Positions 60,875-64,000 of a stretch of 64,000 bases of DNA are shown here, one piece after another. The translations under genes and the position numbers were made by a program. A model generated the notes under the pieces. The model was not told the DNA's origin and did not search any database. It saw only the letters and a list, made by a program, of their open reading frames with translations. Source of the stretch: an uncultured bacterium. Its GTDB lineage: Bacteria > Chloroflexota > UBA5177 > JANWHV01. The first letter of the stretch is position 1. Each line of letters begins with the position of its first letter. The stretch is from assembly GCA_963827235.1 (NCBI GenBank), contig CAWHAE010000008.1, forward strand, positions 64,001 through 128,000, written 5' to 3'.

Positions 60875-63409
60875 TCGCCGTTCCGGCGACAACCGTGCCG
60901 ACGTCGCCACCGACTGCACGCAGTACCCGCACGATGATCACCGGAGCGTCGCTTGTCCAGACGACCGACGACGCTTGCTGGTCGCTCTTGACCTCGTCAA
61001 GTGCCAGCCGCGTCAGCCGCTCACCCGACACTTCACGCTGCGTAGACGCCATCTGTCCGTCCGCGCCGAAGACCGTGGCCGTGAGGTGAGCGTTGCCCGC
61101 TCCCGTGTCGAGCACGTACCAGGCGTCGGAGGTGAAGCCGTCGGCTGCTGAGCCGGCGAATGCCCACCGCGTAGCAGTTGCGGCACCTGACAATATGCTG
61201 CCGGAGTGTTGGCCCGAGTTTGGCGAGCCTCCAAAGTATTGACCCTGCTCGCCGACCGTGGGCACGTCGGAGCGCGCAATAATCGCCACGACGCTGCCGG
61301 ACCTCTTGGAACCCGGGCCGACCGCGACGGTGGCGCGCGTCCCGGGCTCGATGGTCAGATCGGGAAGCGGCGCGACTCCTCCCGTCCCGCCAACGACCGA
61401 GAAGCGCACATGTGCGGCTACGGAGCTGGGATCTGTGAAGCTCAGGAAAGCTTGGTCGCCGTTCGTCGTAGATACGTAGGGGAACGTCCACACGGCAGCA
61501 GGCCCCAGCACTCCTCCGCTCACGGAGGCGCCGTATTTTGCTGAGCCGGTGCCGTCGCCCCAATACAGCACGCGCTCGGCAGCCACAGGCTGGTCCGAGG
61601 TAACCAGAAGACCAATCGAAATGCCGGGTGAAATGGCGCTGATATTGAGCGTAGAACGCGAATCCGCAGGCACCATCACGCTAGTCGGCACGGAAGGAGA
61701 AGAGCTGGCGGGCCCAAACACCTGAACCATCACCTGCGCCGGGCTGGCGCCCGGATTCAGCACCGACAGGTATTCCTGAAACGTGGCACCCGTGTAGCCT
61801 TCGGCAAAGTACCAGGCGCTGGAGAGCGTCGACTCCCCGGCGCTGATGGTCGAGCTCAGCGACTGTCCGGCGGTGGTGGTGCGAGTGATCGTCCGGGTGG
61901 CCGTTATCGAGGCCGGCAGATCGAGCATTGCGCCTACAGTCTGGTCCTTGCCGACGTCCTGTTGCACGTTCTCGCTGAGCTGTGTATGTGCCGGAACGGT
62001 AATGGCAACGGTCTTGGTGATTCCCGAGCCGACGAAGTACTGTATCGTACCGGTCGCGCTGAACGCCGACGTGTTGAGCAGATCCAGAGTCTCGCCGAAG
62101 TCTACGACCGGTCCTTCGCCCGTGAAACCCTCAGCAAAGTAGGTGCTGGCGTTGGGCGTGCTTGGTGCCAGAGTGGTGACCCGCCACGCGCAGGGGCGGG
62201 ATGGTGACCTGGGTGGACGCGGAGCTGCCAAGAATGCCCGAGGCGCCGACAGTATAGACTCCCGGTGTGATGGAGCCCCGGATATTCGCGGTATCCATGA
62301 AGCTGCCCGAGGCGTCGGCGACTATGCCGGCGCTGGGCGCGCTGAAGGCCGGCGTGCTTACAAACACTCGCTCGCCTGGCTCAAAGCCCTTCCCAGCCAG
62401 CTGAACAGTGGAGCCCGCCTCCGCTCCCGGCGGTTGTACGTAAATGGTAGGTCGCGCGCGAATGCCCACGGCTCGGCTCTGAGTCATGCCGGATTCGACC
62501 CCACGTGCCGCCAGCGTCGCGGTGATGCCGGCAGTGGCGGACGTGGGTACCGCAAATACGGCGTCGAGTTGGCCATTCTGGTCTGCGTAGGCATCGGCTC
62601 CGGCTAGGACTCCCCCCCGGAGCTGTAATCGACATAGCTGAGAGAGAGTGACCTGCTCCCCGGCTGATGAAACCGGCCGCCGCGACCTGCACATTCTGGC
62701 CGGCCATGGCCGGGTTGGGCGTGACCACGAGCGTGCCGGCTCCTGCGATGTTGATCGGAACACTCGTGGAGTCGTGCTGGCCGACTCCTGCCGCCTGGCC
62801 GCGCACCACGATCTGCGCTGCACCGGCCTGCGCGAAGCCCGGCACGCTAAACGAGAGGTCCGCCGCACCCGTAGCGTCCGCGTCGTATTGCGCCGTCCCT
62901 GGGGGCAACACAGCCGGTAGACCGTCCACGAGTATCGTCAGTGGATCGCTGGGGGCGAAGCCCGCCACGGGGAAGCGCACCGAGTCGCCTGCGTGCGCCG
63001 AAATCGGCCCGCTGCCGGCCACAGGCATGACGGCTGCGCCGAGTACTGATGCGCTCGTGCCGATACTGGTACCGGTCTGCGTTACCGCGACAGTGTTGGC
63101 CAGGCCGGCGTCGAGTGTGTATGGCAAGGTTATCGAGGCGCTGATCGCTCCCGATGCGTCGACCGGCACTTCGCCCAGATCGTTGAACGTACCGGAGCTT
63201 TGCACCGTGACATCCACAGCGCCGCCGGGATCGAATCCCGAGCCGCTGATTGCCTCGATGCCGTGCGGAAGGTTGAGCGGAGGCGAGAGCGCGATAACCG
63301 GACCGCTTGCATGGGCACTGGGCGGCACAAACGCCGGGCTCGCCGCCAACAGGCTCATCACGAGTGCCCCGGAGACTGCGGCCGCTGCCACAGGCGTTAA
63401 GAGCCTCAT
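60855..63409 (-). CDS. Large secreted/surface protein with Ig-like repeats and WYFAEG (DUF5719-like) domain; frameshifts near 62230 and 62650
   Basis: Signal peptide MRLLTPVAAAAVSGALVMSLLA; repeated G.GF.PGE.V; YFAEGFT, WYFAEGYT..FQEYLSVLNP, SDQPVAAER. Confidence 0.75.
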
Positions 63410-63499
63410 CAGGTTCTCCTGGGTCTGCTTAAGTTGTACTCACATTATCCGTTATTGGCCGGCAAAATGCAGATTGCGGACGCAAGGCATCTGGCTGAG

Positions 63500-63536
63500 A
63501 CGCGACACCCGCCAGTGCAGCTGGCGGGTGTCGCGT
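63500..63536. terminator. 16-bp hairpin downstream of the 3D-domain gene
   Basis: ACGCGACACCCGCCAG-TGCAG-CTGGCGGGTGTCGCGT. Confidence 0.6.
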
Positions 63537-63573
63537 TGGTCGTGGGCTGAGACTGCCTGTCCCGCCGGGAACG

Positions 63574-64000
63574 CTAGTGTGCTGGCGGCACGAAGCTCAC
63601 GAGCCGGTAGCCGGTCAGTTGATATGCCTCGGCCGCCGAGTTCACGAAGACGTCGATGTGGTTCCCCGCGACGGCGCCGCCGGTGTCCTCGGCATGGAAA
63701 GTACCCGAGACCTTGGATGTAGACCGTCGAGCCAAGCGGAATGACGCTGCTGTCCACGGCGACCACGCCCCAGCGGGGCACTGTGCCGGTAGCAGTCAAG
63801 CTCCCGGTAGCGGTGTAGCCCGTAATGTAGCACATGCGTGCGTTTCCACCCGGCATGTTGACTACCGTTGCCGTGGCATTACTGCTGCCGCTCGGCGCCG
63901 GCGAAGGCTGTGCGGAGCCGGCGCCAGTGGCCGACGGCGTGGGCGTTGACGAGGCCGAACCATCCTGAGGAGATTGTGTGGAGCTAGCCAGCGCGTTCGC
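63574..64000 (-). CDS. 3D (Asp-Asp-Asp) domain cell-wall protein, 5'-truncated by window edge, frameshift ~63697
   Basis: ITGY...TATG...VAVD..VIPLGS.VYI, then AEDTGGAV.GNHIDVF in the shifted frame. Confidence 0.85.

Overview
High-GC bacterial chromosomal segment, most likely from a Chloroflexota-like soil organism (inferred from the xxTGH-type C-terminal repeats, WYFAEG-repeat surface protein and ATATA-rich proteins). It is mostly housekeeping: cimA, rpsU, murI, pheA, a SAM-I riboswitch-led mtnP-ahcY-metK operon, guaA, purD, gatCAB-rlmD, obgE, ppk2, lepA, gpmI, eno, a yitJ-like methionine synthesis gene, and divergent tRNA-Arg(CCT)/tRNA-Pro(CGG). These are interspersed with large secreted or surface proteins. 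I found no transposase, integrase, phage gene or CRISPR array. Many genes carry single-base frameshifts that become dense after about 57.4 kb and look like long-read consensus errors. The most interesting signals are: (1) an 838-aa NYN/LabA-type nuclease with a ~620-aa charge-blocky disordered N-terminus, RGG/RPARRR motifs and a coiled coil, behind a ~250-nt structured leader; (2) an overlapping recD2-divergent mutS pair with no mutL in the window; (3) a membrane-anchored Roadblock/MglB-domain protein with repeated GLPGTVA motifs whose end overlaps obgE; (4) a zinc-ribbon/TM/Ala-Thr-stalk protein cassette next to tRNA-Pro and a perfect 26-bp inverted repeat. All family assignments come from motif recognition by eye, not database searches.
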